64,000 bases of DNA from Gammaproteobacteria bacterium. GTDB lineage: Bacteria; Pseudomonadota; Gammaproteobacteria; Ga0077536. The number at the start of each line of letters is the position of its first letter. Positions within the stretch are counted from its first letter, which is position 1. The translations under genes were made by a program, and so were the position numbers. This document shows positions 9,686 to 21,300 of this stretch, piece by piece. The stretch spans positions 2,400,001 through 2,464,000 of the forward strand of contig CAXXLL010000003.1 of the NCBI GenBank assembly GCA_963662545.2, in the 5' to 3' direction. Below the pieces are notes generated by a model. It was not told where the DNA came from. It saw nothing but the letters and a program-made list of their open reading frames with translations, and did no database searches.

Positions 9686-11230
9686 ATGTATTATTGCGAC
9701 ACTTTTATGAGCAATCTTGGGGTGCAGAAGGTGTTAACACTCCCGCCTGAGGTCCTAGCAAACCGCTTCACGGAATCCGGTGATTTGACCCATTGGGATA
9801 CCGCGGCTGTTCACGACCTGATCACGCGGGACGGCCCGCAACAAAGCCAGCGTTCAACTGAACGGCTCATCGAAAAATCCGCCCTCTTACCTGCTGCCGT
9901 AAAGCTCCACGAGGTCGCTGATGAGCTGGACCGTGCCCCTATAAAGAGCGTGGTGGAGAGTCTCGAGGGCGAGGCCAAACGTCGGCGGTGGCTGTCCCTA
10001 GTCCTCCAGGAGCATCGCTCGGATACCGGGGCCACCCTGCTTTTTTGCAACGACGGACGGCGCGGGCGGCGGTGGGTGTTTATTGACCCGAATTCCGCGG
10101 AACCGGAATCGCTGCTGAAAGCGCTCGATGCGCTCGCGGACGACAAGCCATTGATGATCTGGCCACACGGTTCGATCACGGAACGGATTCGCGCCCTCGC
10201 AGGGGCGCTTGGATCGCATGACATCAAGCTGCCGTCTGGGCGGCGCGTGCGCCTCGGTACCGTTGCCTATCAACACGTTTCGACGACCGCGCACGTCCCG
10301 CCGACGACGATGCGCGATCGCCAGCAGGCCGACCGCCTTTCTCATCTCGACCGCCTCGAAGCCGACAGCATTCACATCATTCGCGAAGTCATGGCGCAGG
10401 CCGAAAATCCCGTGATGCTTTATTCGGTAGGCAAGGACAGCTCCGTGATGCTGCACCTGGCGCGCAAGGCATTTTACCCAAGCGTGCCGCCGTTCCCGTT
10501 AATGCATATTGATACGCGTTGGAAATTCCAGGCGATGTATCAGTTCCGTGACCAGATGGCGCGCGACAGTGGCATGGAGCTGATCACTTACGTCAACCCG
10601 GAAGGTGTCGAGAAGAATATCAATCCGTTCGACCACGGCAGCGCCTTACACACCGACATCATGAAGACAGAGGGGCTCAAGCAAGCATTGACTCTACATG
10701 GCTTCGATGTAGCGTTTGGTGGCGCGCGACGCGACGAAGAAAAGAGTCGGGCTAAAGAACGGGTGTTCTCGTTTCGAACCTCGACCCATCGCTGGGACCC
10801 GAAAAACCAGCGCCCCGAACTATGGAATCTCTATAACGGCTACAAGAACAAGGGCGAGAGTATTCGAGTGTTCCCGTTGTCGAACTGGACCGAACTGGAT
10901 GTATGGCAGTATACCTATCGAGAGCAAATTCCGATCGTGCCACTTTACTTTGCGGCAGAAAGACCGGTCATCGAACGCGACGGGCTTCTGATTTTAGTCG
11001 ATGACGATCGCCTCCGCCTCTTCACCGACGAGCGGGTACAGATTAAGCGTGTGCGATTTCGCACCCTGGGTTGCTATCCGCTGACCGGCGCCGTCGAATC
11101 AGACGCCGATGACCTTCCCTCGATCATTCTCGAACTCCTGCAGAGTCGCACGAGTGAACGTCAGGGCAGAGCGATTGATTCAGATTCCTCCTCTTCGATG
11201 GAAAAGAAAAAGCAGGAGGGATACTTCTGA
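9686..11230 (+). CDS. cysD: Sulfate adenylyltransferase subunit 2 with ~215-aa N-terminal extension
   Basis: [42 protein letters not shown] and [10 protein letters not shown] motifs. The true start is uncertain. Confidence 0.93.
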   Translation: MYYCDTFMSNLGVQKVLTLPPEVLANRFTESGDLTHWDTAAVHDLITRDGPQQSQRSTERLIEKSALLPAAVKLHEVADELDRAPIKSVVESLEGEAKRRRWLSLVLQEHRSDTGATLLFCNDGRRGRRWVFIDPNSAEPESLLKALDALADDKPLMIWPHGSITERIRALAGALGSHDIKLPSGRRVRLGTVAYQHVSTTAHVPPTTMRDRQQADRLSHLDRLEADSIHIIREVMAQAENPVMLYSVGKDSSVMLHLARKAFYPSVPPFPLMHIDTRWKFQAMYQFRDQMARDSGMELITYVNPEGVEKNINPFDHGSALHTDIMKTEGLKQALTLHGFDVAFGGARRDEEKSRAKERVFSFRTSTHRWDPKNQRPELWNLYNGYKNKGESIRVFPLSNWTELDVWQYTYREQIPIVPLYFAAERPVIERDGLLILVDDDRLRLFTDERVQIKRVRFRTLGCYPLTGAVESDADDLPSIILELLQSRTSERQGRAIDSDSSSSMEKKKQEGYF

Positions 11231-13131
11231 TGAACGCTGCCGTTGAAACCATTCGCGAACGCGTCGACGCCTACATCGATAACCAGTCGCAGCTGGATCT
11301 GTTGCGTTTCATTACGTGTGGAAGCGTCGATGACGGCAAGAGTACGCTCATCGGCCGCATGCTGTACGAAGCACAGATGATTTTCGAGGATCAGGTGGCG
11401 TCGCTGAAAGCCGATTCCAAGCGGCACGGGACTCAGGCTGGTGAGATCGACTTTGCCTTGCTGGTAGACGGTCTGGCCGCCGAACGCGAGCAGGGCATTA
11501 CCATCGACGTGGCGTATCGGTACTTCAACACGGACCGGCGCAAGTTCATCGTGGCGGACACCCCGGGTCACGAACAATACACCCGTAATATGGTGACCGG
11601 TGCGTCGACGGCCGATGTCGCCGTCATTCTCGTCGACGCAACGCAGGGCGTACTCACGCAGACCTGCAGACACTCGTTCATCGCGTCCTTGCTCGGTATC
11701 AAGCATGTCGTACTGGCCGTGAACAAGATGGATCTGGTGAATTTCGATCGCGCGGTGTTCGACGACATCGTTGAAACGTATAGGGAGTTCTCCGATCGCC
11801 TCGATTTTAGTTCGATCACGCCGATTCCCGTGTCGGCCCTGCAGGGAGACAATGTGGTGCAACCGTCCGCACGGACACCCTGGCATTCCGGTCCAAGCTT
11901 GCTGGGATTTCTCGAGATGGTCGAAGTACGGCAATCGCAGTTAAATCACCCCTTTCGGTTTCCGGTGCAGTGGGTGAACCGGGGGAATTCGGATTTCCGT
12001 GGTTACGCAGGAACCGTCGTATCGGGCTCAATCGCCACAGGGCAGCAACTTCACGTCTTGCCGTCAGGCGAAATCGCATCGGTAGCGGATATCGTGTTGT
12101 ACCGAGACCGCCTCGACAAGGCCGTGGTCGATCAGGCGGTGACCATTACGCTCGATCGGGACGTGGACGTATCCCGCGGTGACGTACTCGTTGCTACCGA
12201 CACCCCTTGCGAAGTCTCGGACCAGTTCGACGTATCACTCGTGTGGATGAACGAGGAACCGGGCTTTGCCGGTCGCACCTATTGGTTGAAATTGGGCAAT
12301 TCCCGGCTCAACGCTACGCTTTCAGACATCAAATTCAAATACAACGTCAACACACTCGAGCAGTTGTCTTCTCATGGCTTGGAACTCAACGAAATCGGCC
12401 GCGCAACGCTGAGCCTGGACAAGGCCGTACCCTTCGAGGCTTACCGCGACTGTCGGACAATGGGTTCGTTTGTGCTGATTGATCGCTACAGCTATGCCAC
12501 CGTTGCCGCAGGCATGATCAATTTCGCGTTGCGCAGAGCGCAGAACGTACATCGGCAGGCGTTGACCGTGGACAAACGCGCGCGCGCCAAGCTGAACGGA
12601 CATCGCGGCCGGGTATTGTGGTTCACCGGATTGAGTGGTGCCGGCAAATCGACGATCGCCAATGCCCTGGAACAGGTACTGCACTCGCAAGGAATTCGCA
12701 CCTACCTCCTCGATGGTGATAACGTCCGTCACGGACTCAACAAGGACCTCGGGTTCACCGATGCCGACCGCGTCGAGAACGTGCGACGGGTTGCCGAGGT
12801 CGCCAAACTCATGGTCGATGCCGGTCTGGTCGTGTCCGTCGCCTTCATCTCACCATTCCGCTCTGAACGCGATATGGCGCGAGCGCTATTCGATGAAGGC
12901 GAATTCCTCGAGATCCATGCCGACGTTCCGCTCGAAACGGCAGAGGCGCGTGACGCCAAGGGCTTGTATAAAAAGGCGCGTAAAGGCGAGCTACCTCACT
13001 TTACCGGCATTGATAGCGCCTACGAGCCACCCGAATCTGCGGAAATCGTACTACCTACCGCTGAACTGGGCGTTGACGCATGTGTCGCGCGCATTCTGGA
13101 AGTAATGGAGCACACGAAAATCGACTCATGA
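11230..13131 (+). CDS. cysNC: Bifunctional sulfate adenylyltransferase subunit 1 / APS kinase
   Basis: [26 protein letters not shown] and NKMD GTPase motifs; C-terminal [12 protein letters not shown] and LDGDNVR kinase motifs. Confidence 0.95.
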   Translation: MNAAVETIRERVDAYIDNQSQLDLLRFITCGSVDDGKSTLIGRMLYEAQMIFEDQVASLKADSKRHGTQAGEIDFALLVDGLAAEREQGITIDVAYRYFNTDRRKFIVADTPGHEQYTRNMVTGASTADVAVILVDATQGVLTQTCRHSFIASLLGIKHVVLAVNKMDLVNFDRAVFDDIVETYREFSDRLDFSSITPIPVSALQGDNVVQPSARTPWHSGPSLLGFLEMVEVRQSQLNHPFRFPVQWVNRGNSDFRGYAGTVVSGSIATGQQLHVLPSGEIASVADIVLYRDRLDKAVVDQAVTITLDRDVDVSRGDVLVATDTPCEVSDQFDVSLVWMNEEPGFAGRTYWLKLGNSRLNATLSDIKFKYNVNTLEQLSSHGLELNEIGRATLSLDKAVPFEAYRDCRTMGSFVLIDRYSYATVAAGMINFALRRAQNVHRQALTVDKRARAKLNGHRGRVLWFTGLSGAGKSTIANALEQVLHSQGIRTYLLDGDNVRHGLNKDLGFTDADRVENVRRVAEVAKLMVDAGLVVSVAFISPFRSERDMARALFDEGEFLEIHADVPLETAEARDAKGLYKKARKGELPHFTGIDSAYEPPESAEIVLPTAELGVDACVARILEVMEHTKIDS

Positions 13132-13361
13132 ATACAGTAACCTACGATCGGGAATCCCGTTTACGGAGCCTGCTAAAGGCCTTCTCGTGGCGTATCTTCG
13201 CGACGTTGACCACGGTGCTGATCGCCTGGGCCATTACCGGGGAAATCGATGCTGCCATCCTGATCGGCAGCGTCGAATTCGTGCTGAAGTTTTTCATCTA
13301 TTACCTGCACGAACGGGCTTGGCAACTGGTTCCGCGGGGCACAATCCGCAACTTGTTTTAG
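13128..13361 (+). CDS. DUF2061 membrane protein
   Basis: [10 protein letters not shown]...YYLHERAW signature; overlaps the cysNC stop (ATGA). Confidence 0.85.
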   Translation: MNTVTYDRESRLRSLLKAFSWRIFATLTTVLIAWAITGEIDAAILIGSVEFVLKFFIYYLHERAWQLVPRGTIRNLF

Positions 13362-13813
13362 TTCAGCGGTCCGATCGCCGCGATTCTTCGCGCCATCTCG
13401 CATCTAGAGCAGATGCGATCATGGTGCGATACCAGTGCTAATTTCACAAAGGTCTTGTCATCGAAAGCTCACCTATGCCGAATCATGAGGGTCGTGATCC
13501 GTGACGCCGCGCCTGCGCCATCACGAATCGCGTCACGTCGCGATGAACCGATCGGAATATGATCCCGTGGGGGCATTGCACTGAACAACGAAGGAACCTG
13601 GCGTTTCATAAGCGACAAGCCCGAACTGCGTGAATTCTTCCGCGCGTATTTCGAAGATCGCAAAATGCAGGAAATGATCGAATGAACGGTGCCGGGGCTG
13701 ACTTATTGAACCATTGGTCCGAGTAACAGCGAGATTATTGAATCGGGAGTCTTTTTTCGGGCGTCCACACACCCCATAAGCAGAAGCGAAGCTCACCTGC
13801 CCGATGGTGGTTA

Positions 13814-13890
13814 TGGCGCGCCCAGAGGGACTCGAACCCCCGACCACCTGGTTCGAAGCCAGGTACTCTATCCAGCTGAGCTATGGGCGC
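13814..13890 (-). tRNA. tRNA-Arg, anticodon TCG
   Basis: GCGCCCATAGCTCAGCTGGATAGAGTACCTGGCTTCGAACCAGGTGGTCGGGGGTTCGAGTCCCTCTGGGCGCGCCA forms a full cloverleaf. Stem CCTGG/CCAGG, loop CT-TCG-AA, encoded CCA. Confidence 0.95.
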
Positions 13891-13980
13891 ATAGGCGGCA
13901 AGCAAGGCGTATGTTATCCGAAAATTCGATACCCCGAATTGAGGTAGAGACGACCACGGTCAATACCGTTCCACACCGCG

Positions 13981-15648
13981 CTAGTGCGCCACCGCGCCGT
14001 CGGCGCCCAGACCGGTCATGGAACGAACGTACTGCTTGTCGAACGCCGCCGACTCTTGCATCGCCCGCTGGCTGCGGTCGAGCAAGGACACCGCGACGAT
14101 CACCACGATCGCGGCCGTCATCGAAAATAATGCCGGGTATTTGTAGGGAAAGATCGCCTCCGCATTGCCCAGGACTTCAACCCAGACAGTGGGCCCCAGT
14201 ACCACAAAGGCGGTGGCCGTGATGAGGCCCACCGACCCGCCCAGTACGGCGCCGAGCGTCGTCAGCCGCCGCCAGTAGATCGAAAGAAAGAGAATGGGGA
14301 AATTGACGCTCGCGGCGACGGCGAAAGCGAGCAATACCATGTAGGCGACGTTCTGTCCCTGAAAGGCGATCCCCAGAAATACGGCGATCAAACCCAAGCC
14401 CAGCGACGCGATGCGCGATACATCTACGATTTCTCTCTCCGTCGCTCGGCCCTCGCGGATGACATTGGCGTACAGATCGTGGGCGATCGCCGAAGCTCCG
14501 GACAGCGTCAGGCCGGCGACGACTGCGAGGATGGTCGCGAAAGCAACGGCTGAGATGAAGCCCAGGAAAAAATCTCCCGCCGTCGCATGCGCCAGGTGAA
14601 TGGCCGCCATGTTGTCGCCGCCACGCAGGGCGTCACCCGTCGCCACGAGGTATGCCGGATTCTGTGATACCAAAACGACTGCCCCGAATCCGAGGATGAA
14701 CGTGAGCAGATAGAAGTAGCCGATGAGCCCCGTGGCAACGAAGACCGACTTGCGCGCTTCGCGCGCGTCGGGAACGGTAAAAAAACGCATCAGGATGTGC
14801 GGCAGGCCGGCCGTACCGAACATCAGCGCGACGCCAAGCGAAATGGCCGAGATGGGATCCGGCACCAGCCCCCCGGGAAGCAGGGCGTCGCGGCCGGCCG
14901 CATGGACGTCGATCGCTTGAGCGAATAAGGCTTCGAGCGAAAAATCTAACCGCGATAGCACTAGGAATGCGAGTATCGTCGCGCCGAACAGCAGCAGGGC
15001 CGCCTTGATGATCTGCACCCAGGTCGTTGCGATCATGCCGCCGAAACTGACGTAGACCACCATCAATACGCCGACGAGTAGAACGGCCGCGTGGTAGGGC
15101 AGGCCGAACAGAATCTGGATGAGGGTGCCCGCGCCCACGAGTTGCGCGATGAGATATAGGAGGACGACCGCAAGCGTGCCGCAGGCCGAGAGTATTCGAA
15201 TCGGTTTTGCGCTAAGCCTGTAACTCACGACGTCCGCAAAGGTGTATTTACCGAGGTTCCGCAGGCGCTCGGCGAGCAGAAAAAGCACGATCGGCCAGCC
15301 GGCAAGCGCCCCGACCGCGTAGATCAGGCCATCGAAACCGCTGGTGTAGACCAGACCCGATATGCCTAGAAACGAGGCCGCCGACATGTAGTCTCCGGCG
15401 ATCGCAAATCCGTTCTGCGTCCCGGTAATGGTGCTTCCTGCCGCGTAGTAATCCTTGGTCGTGCGAGTATGTTTGGCGGCCCACCAGGTGATCCCGAGTG
15501 TGGCAAGGACGAAGACGAGGAACATCGCGATCGCGGTAAAGTTCACCGCGCCGGCGCCCTCTTCGAGTTTCCCGGCGCCTGTGGCGGCCGCGGCGCTCGA
15601 CAAGGCGAGCCCGGCCGCGATGGCGGCTGTCTTCATGCCGAAGGCCAC
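13981..15648 (-). CDS. actP: Cation/acetate symporter (SSS family)
   Basis: [17 protein letters not shown] and [15 protein letters not shown] motifs. Confidence 0.92.
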   Translation of the reverse strand: MAFGMKTAAIAAGLALSSAAAATGAGKLEEGAGAVNFTAIAMFLVFVLATLGITWWAAKHTRTTKDYYAAGSTITGTQNGFAIAGDYMSAASFLGISGLVYTSGFDGLIYAVGALAGWPIVLFLLAERLRNLGKYTFADVVSYRLSAKPIRILSACGTLAVVLLYLIAQLVGAGTLIQILFGLPYHAAVLLVGVLMVVYVSFGGMIATTWVQIIKAALLLFGATILAFLVLSRLDFSLEALFAQAIDVHAAGRDALLPGGLVPDPISAISLGVALMFGTAGLPHILMRFFTVPDAREARKSVFVATGLIGYFYLLTFILGFGAVVLVSQNPAYLVATGDALRGGDNMAAIHLAHATAGDFFLGFISAVAFATILAVVAGLTLSGASAIAHDLYANVIREGRATEREIVDVSRIASLGLGLIAVFLGIAFQGQNVAYMVLLAFAVAASVNFPILFLSIYWRRLTTLGAVLGGSVGLITATAFVVLGPTVWVEVLGNAEAIFPYKYPALFSMTAAIVVIVAVSLLDRSQRAMQESAAFDKQYVRSMTGLGADGAVAH

Positions 15649-15652
15649 GGGA

Positions 15653-15970
15653 TCAGCGGCTGCGCTCCAGGCGCTTGATGATGGCTTCGTTGTCGCGATC
15701 GAATTCGCCGTTGGCGCGATGCACGTAGATAGCAGTGAGGATGAAACCGAGCACGATGATCGAAACGCCGGCGGGGATGCCCCAGGTGATCACGGTGTCT
15801 GGTCCGAGGGGGATTGCGAAAACCCGGGGTGCGAAGGCGATCACCCCAATGAACGCGAAATAAACCGTAAACATGATTGCCGCCAGCGTCCAACTGAAGC
15901 GGCTGCGCCGGCGTTGCAAAGCCTGGAACTCCGCGTCCTCGAAGATCTTCTCGTAGAAGTCGTCCATCAT
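15653..15970 (-). CDS. DUF485 (YjcH-like) membrane protein
   Basis: FQALQRRR..., [10 protein letters not shown]; canonical partner upstream of actP. Confidence 0.88.
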   Translation of the reverse strand: MMDDFYEKIFEDAEFQALQRRRSRFSWTLAAIMFTVYFAFIGVIAFAPRVFAIPLGPDTVITWGIPAGVSIIVLGFILTAIYVHRANGEFDRDNEAIIKRLERSR

Positions 15971-16040
15971 CGTGAGTCGACAGTTCGATCGAACCAGTGG
16001 CCGGTTCAGTTGCGAAACGCGTTTGGCAGTTGCGGCTTTA

Positions 16041-17198
16041 TTACCAGAGCCTGGCACTCGCGAGGCGTGCGCCCGCAGCCAGGGACTCGAATTTCTTCCA
16101 CACGACCGATTCGGCCACCATCTCCCAACCGGCAAATGTGCCGAATCCGCAATCGGCGCCTGCGATCACTCGCTCTTTGTCCCCGGCGGCATCGACCGCT
16201 TCGAGGATCCGGTTGCAAATGACCTGTGGATGTTCGATGTAATTGACGGTGGAGTCGATCACTCCCGGTATGAGCAGCGTGTCCGGCGGGACGGGGCACT
16301 CCTTGAGGGCGGCATATTCGTGCTGATGGCGGGGATTGGCAAATTCGATAGAAAAAGCACCGACCCTGGCTTCCCGGATGATCGGAAAGATGTCGGCCAG
16401 CGGTACATCTCGGTCGTGCGGCCCGTCGTAGTTGCCCCAGCATACGTGTAAACGGATGCGATCAGGTGGAATATTCTCGCAAGCCTCGTTGATCGCGTCG
16501 ATGTGGATAGCAATGGCATCTTGAAATTCTTTCAGTGTGTGGTGCTGAAACATTCCATGCCATTCCATTGCGAGATCCGGGCAATCCAGTTGCAGCAGGT
16601 AGCCCCGTTCGTAGATCAGTTCGTATTCCTTCTTCATTTCTCGCCCCACGGCGCGAACGTAAGCTTCATGAGAATCGTAATACTGATTACCCATCGTAGT
16701 GCACACGATGCCAGGGCATGCGGCGGTCATGAACGGTTCGACATATTTTCCGCTCACGTCTGCGAGCGCCGCGTCGAACATGTCGCACTCGCGTTTTGCC
16801 GGCTCCAGATCGGAGTACCGAACCTCGGCGTCCGCCGCAGGCGCATCGAACACTTTCGACATCACCATGCCACGGTTTGACCAGATTTCTGCAAAATCTG
16901 GAAAATTTGCGAAATCGGTAAACGGATCGCGCGCACTGATCCCGCCGAAGCCTTCGAGTCGTTGCCCGACATAGGTTTGAAATCCAACCCGCGGTTGCTC
17001 GCCGTCGTTGATAACGTCAAGGTGCGCATCCGTCTGCTTGCGGACGCTGTTTTTGACACCCTGATCGGCGAGTTGATCGAGGCGCGCCGCGTCGACGGGG
17101 CGTCCATCCTCGGCTGCGATCAGAAGATCCGACAGCTCGCGGATCCTCGGCAGACTGCCGACGTGCGTAGTCAGAATTCGGTCTTGGCTGGATTTCAT
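16041..17198 (-). CDS. Cobalamin-independent methionine synthase II family (MetE catalytic-domain-only) protein
   Basis: TTHVGSLPR, NDGEQ, LQLDCPD; Zn ligands HVCWGN / E / ADCGF. Confidence 0.88.
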   Translation of the reverse strand: MKSSQDRILTTHVGSLPRIRELSDLLIAAEDGRPVDAARLDQLADQGVKNSVRKQTDAHLDVINDGEQPRVGFQTYVGQRLEGFGGISARDPFTDFANFPDFAEIWSNRGMVMSKVFDAPAADAEVRYSDLEPAKRECDMFDAALADVSGKYVEPFMTAACPGIVCTTMGNQYYDSHEAYVRAVGREMKKEYELIYERGYLLQLDCPDLAMEWHGMFQHHTLKEFQDAIAIHIDAINEACENIPPDRIRLHVCWGNYDGPHDRDVPLADIFPIIREARVGAFSIEFANPRHQHEYAALKECPVPPDTLLIPGVIDSTVNYIEHPQVICNRILEAVDAAGDKERVIAGADCGFGTFAGWEMVAESVVWKKFESLAAGARLASARLW

Positions 17199-17418
17199 GG
17201 GTCCCCCAATCGGGGCGGCTGCCGCGGCCCCCGGCGCTTGTGAGCGCTCGTTTCCCTCTAGCGCTCGCGGTCGCTAAGTGTACACGCTCGTTACTGCCAG
17301 GCACATCACGCAGAGACCCGCCCAATGCCGATAAAGCCCGGGAATTTCCGGCCGATAAAAGGGAACTGATACCGATTTGGAAACGCCCTAGCACGCGTGA
17401 AGCCCAGGAGCAAAGCCC

Positions 17419-20196
17419 TTGCCCGACCCGACGACGACCGCGCCCATCGATGACCGAATGCAGAAATCGCGGGCCGATCTTCTAGCCCGCTCGGCGCCCG
17501 GCGCCCTGCTGTTCACGATTGCGCTGACCGCCTTGATCAGCGCGGTCCTTTGGCCGCTGGTTGCGCACACGTGGATCCTCGCATGGGCACTCTACATGGG
17601 CGGCGTGAGCCTGGCGCGCTACCTGCAGATACGCTCCTATGCCGCTGCCACCGCCGACGCGGACGCTGTGCGGTCGTTCAACAAGTGGTTCGTCGTTGGC
17701 GTGCTAAGCGCAGGCGTCGGCTGGGGCGCCGCCGGCGCCTTCTTGTTTCCACCTGATGACCTCGTTTATCAAAGTTTTCTCTCCTTTATCCTCGCCGGAA
17801 TAACGGCAGCATCGGTCACGGTTTACGGTCCCGTCAAACGCGCACTGCGCCTCTTCGTGCTGGTCGCTCTCCTGCCGCTGGCCGCGAGTCATTTCGTAGG
17901 TGCCGACCAGATACACATCGTGATGGGTGCGGCCGTTACGTGTTACATGATCTTTCTTTACCATCTTGCTTCCATCATGCACGAGTCATTGATGCGGTCA
18001 CTGACCCGGCGCTTCGAAAATGAAGATCTGATCAACGAGCTTCAAGTCGCGAAACATTTAGCGGAAGACACAAATCAAAAATTGAAAGCCGAAATCTCCA
18101 TACGCAACAGGAGTGCAAGCGAACTCATGGAAGCGCGGGACAAAGCGCAGCAGGCTACTCGGGTAAAAAGCGATTTTCTCGCGACCATGAGCCACGAAAT
18201 AAGAACGCCGATGAATGGCGTGCTGGGGATGACCGAACTGTTGATGAATACCGAACTGACCGCTAAGCAGTATCGGTTCGCCGATACCATCCGGCGGTCC
18301 GGCGAAGCGCTGCTGGCCATCATCAACGATATCCTGGACTTCTCCAAAATCGAGGCGGGCAAGCTTGAAATTCAGCATACGGTGTTCGATCTGCGCCAGC
18401 TCGTCGAGGACACGATGGCCTTTTTCGCCGAATCCGCCCATCGCAAGAAGATCGAGCTCGTTACAATGTATCCGCCCGAAGAACACGCCGCCTATCGCGG
18501 TGATCCGCAACGTATTCGGCAGATCCTGATGAATCTGATCGCCAATGCGATCAAATTCACGGACCGCGGCGAGATTGTCGTCAAGGTCGCGACCCTTCAG
18601 CAAAGTGAAGAAAGCAGCACCCTTAAATTCGAGGTCGCCGATACCGGCGTCGGTATCAAGAATGACCATCAAGGACGCATCTTCGACTCGTTTCAGCAGG
18701 CCGACGGCTCGACCACCCGAAAATTCGGCGGCACAGGGCTTGGTCTCGCCATCTGCCGCCGCCTGGTTGAGTTGATGCATGGCTCGATTGGCGTAGAAAG
18801 CCGGGAGAACGTCGGTTCGACATTCTGGTTTTCGATCGAGCTCAGCACGATGCCGGAGTCGAGCATCAGCGGCCAGATCAAACCCGACCTCGATCTGAGC
18901 GGGATTCGCGTACTTGTCGTCGACGGTAACGAGACGAGTCGCGACATCCTCAAACACCAACTGAGTAACTGGGACATGAAATTCCATGCCGCGAGTTCCG
19001 CCGCGCATGCCATGAAATACTTGAAGAAGGGTGCAGATCTCGGCAAGACGTTCGATCTGACCATCATCGATCACCAGCTCCCCGACAGCGACGGCGTTGA
19101 CCTCGCGAGGCGAATCAAAAGCGATTCCGCGATCGCCGACACTCGGTTGATCATGTTGAGCTCGATCGATCAACTTGATCAGACCGGGCAATGGTATCTG
19201 GCCGGAATCGAGGTCTACATCAACAAACCCATACGCCAGGTCGAGCTCTACGACGCTGTCTCGAATGCGTTGAGCGAATGTGGACCAGGCTCGACAAGCC
19301 AGCCGCAGCGACGAACGAGCAAAAAGGCGCTCGCCGAAAAACAGAGCCACGAAATCGGTGCCCACGTACTCCTCGCGGAAGACAATCCGGTCAACAAAGA
19401 ACTGGCGAGAGCCATGCTCGAGGATCTCGGCTGCACCATCGTAGTGGTCGGCGATGGCCGCGAGGCAGTCGAAGCCATCGCCGAAGCGCCTCTGGACCGT
19501 AAACAACGGCGCTATGACGTAGTATTGATGGACTGTCAGATGCCCCGGATGGACGGCTTCGAGGCGACGCTCGCGATCCGACAGTGGGAAGCGGACAACG
19601 GCGAGGACACGCCGCTGCCCATCGTCGCCGTGACCGCCAACGCAATGGAAGGCGATCGGGACCGGTGTCTGGCCGCGGGCATGAGCGACTACCTGAGCAA
19701 ACCGTTTGGCCGGGAGCAGCTCGCCAAGATCGTCAAACGCTGGATGACGGTCGACGTCGAGATGACCCATCTCGCAAAACAGCGGGAACAAAAGAGATCC
19801 GCGTTGCCGGTACGCGAAAATTCGAGCGCCGATGTGCTGGCGGATCTCGACCATGCCGCATTGAACAATATTCGCGCTCTGCTGAGGGACGGTTCGAATG
19901 CAATACTCGCCAAAATCATCGGCATGTATCTGACCAATTCACCGATACTTCTGGGAAAGCTTCAGGAAGCCGCCGTCTCCGGCAACGGCGAATTGATGCG
20001 TGCGTCCGCGCACAGTCTTAAATCGGCCAGCGCCAACCTCGGTGCGTCCCGGCTCGCCGAATTATGCGAGGAACTCGAAGACTTTGGCCGTAATGACAAT
20101 GCAATCAGTTCGCTTGCTACCTTGGGTATCGTCGAGTTCGAGTTCGAAGCGGTCTGCAATGCCTTGAGCCTGGAGCTGGATGACAAGGCCGCTTGA
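17419..20196 (+). CDS. Hybrid sensor histidine kinase (TM-HisKA-HATPase-REC-REC-HPt)
   Basis: [22 protein letters not shown] and GGTGLGL motifs; two receiver domains; AHSLKSAS HPt motif. Confidence 0.95.
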   Translation: MPDPTTTAPIDDRMQKSRADLLARSAPGALLFTIALTALISAVLWPLVAHTWILAWALYMGGVSLARYLQIRSYAAATADADAVRSFNKWFVVGVLSAGVGWGAAGAFLFPPDDLVYQSFLSFILAGITAASVTVYGPVKRALRLFVLVALLPLAASHFVGADQIHIVMGAAVTCYMIFLYHLASIMHESLMRSLTRRFENEDLINELQVAKHLAEDTNQKLKAEISIRNRSASELMEARDKAQQATRVKSDFLATMSHEIRTPMNGVLGMTELLMNTELTAKQYRFADTIRRSGEALLAIINDILDFSKIEAGKLEIQHTVFDLRQLVEDTMAFFAESAHRKKIELVTMYPPEEHAAYRGDPQRIRQILMNLIANAIKFTDRGEIVVKVATLQQSEESSTLKFEVADTGVGIKNDHQGRIFDSFQQADGSTTRKFGGTGLGLAICRRLVELMHGSIGVESRENVGSTFWFSIELSTMPESSISGQIKPDLDLSGIRVLVVDGNETSRDILKHQLSNWDMKFHAASSAAHAMKYLKKGADLGKTFDLTIIDHQLPDSDGVDLARRIKSDSAIADTRLIMLSSIDQLDQTGQWYLAGIEVYINKPIRQVELYDAVSNALSECGPGSTSQPQRRTSKKALAEKQSHEIGAHVLLAEDNPVNKELARAMLEDLGCTIVVVGDGREAVEAIAEAPLDRKQRRYDVVLMDCQMPRMDGFEATLAIRQWEADNGEDTPLPIVAVTANAMEGDRDRCLAAGMSDYLSKPFGREQLAKIVKRWMTVDVEMTHLAKQREQKRSALPVRENSSADVLADLDHAALNNIRALLRDGSNAILAKIIGMYLTNSPILLGKLQEAAVSGNGELMRASAHSLKSASANLGASRLAELCEELEDFGRNDNAISSLATLGIVEFEFEAVCNALSLELDDKAA

Positions 20197-20269
20197 GGCT
20201 GAACTGATTCGCTAGGGTAGTATCCATCGCAGGCTGAACCTCTTCAGCGGCCATGGGTCCAAAGTCGCA

Positions 20270-20848
20270 ATGCTCGCCCGCTCGCCGTCAAGAATGAATG
20301 CTCTTCGCGTCGCCACCGTTGTCGGCCTTCTCGGCCTCGCAGCCGCGCTCGTGACCGCAACCGGGGCGCCTGCGCTCGGCCAACAGATCGGGATCCCGGC
20401 GCCCGAATTCACCCAAACCGAGCCCGACTCGTGGTTGAACAGCGCGCCGCTAACGCTTAGCGATCTCCAGGGCCAGGTTGTGCTGGTCGATTTCTGGACG
20501 TTTGACTGTTGGAACTGCTATCGCTCGATTCCCTGGCTGAAAGCGCTCGAAGAACGGTTCAAGGCCGATCCCTTCACGGTGATCGGTATCCATACGCCCG
20601 AGTTCGATCACGAACGCAAGCTTGGCAACGTACGCGCCAAGGTGGCCGAATTCGAACTCACCCATCCCGTCATGATCGACAATGATTTTTCATACTGGCG
20701 TGCGATGGGTAATCGGTACTGGCCGGCGTTTTACCTGATCGACAAGCAGGGCGTGGTACGTAAGGCGTTCGTCGGGGAAACCCATGTCGGGGATTCCCAG
20801 GCCCGGCGAATTCAACATGCCGTATCCGAATTGTTGACTGAAAAATAG
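20270..20848 (+). CDS. Exported redoxin (DipZ/TlpA-like thioredoxin)
   Basis: DFWTFDCWNC, IGIHTPEF and NRYWPA motifs. Confidence 0.88.
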   Translation: MLARSPSRMNALRVATVVGLLGLAAALVTATGAPALGQQIGIPAPEFTQTEPDSWLNSAPLTLSDLQGQVVLVDFWTFDCWNCYRSIPWLKALEERFKADPFTVIGIHTPEFDHERKLGNVRAKVAEFELTHPVMIDNDFSYWRAMGNRYWPAFYLIDKQGVVRKAFVGETHVGDSQARRIQHAVSELLTEK

Positions 20849-21300
20849 AATCCTACGGAATTGTCCGACGCTATCGACACTGTTAGCTCGCGACGCAGGG
20901 TCCTACTACTCCGCATACTGCCCCGTATCGACGCCCGGTCGCTTGACTTGTCACCCTGGTTTGGTGACTCTCGCCCCGTTTCGCTGATCCTGCCGTAGAC
21001 GCAGGGCGTCGAATATTGCGAACACGGGAGGGCTAGCCCGCCTATTGCATAAAGGCGGCCGCGGCGCTCAGAGAAGTTGTTGAGCAAACAGGATTATTTA
21101 GGCCATTTGGCAATGTTCGAGCCAATCGCAACTTGTACCGCCGCTTGCGGCCTACGACGGCGCCGGCTGGTCCATGCGCGCCTGGACTCAGGTCAAGCTC
21201 TCGCCATAGCTACAGCTCAGACTCGAGCTCCAGACTGGCGTCCAGACGCTCCTGTCCTGCGCCAGCACCGCCGTCCTTCATGCAATAGGCGGGCTCTCTA

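Noticed and set aside
8500-13813. Genomic island integrated at the tRNA-Arg 3' end
   Set aside because: No integrase and no duplicated tRNA 3' end were found by eye.
18058-19854. Long antisense ORFs (also 34300-35628, 57772-58893, 62946-63590)
   Set aside because: They are shadows of well-supported genes in GC-rich DNA and carry no motifs.
20850-21300. Possible ncRNA/riboswitch upstream of the MFS transporter
   Set aside because: No recognisable conserved motif; an Rfam search would be needed.
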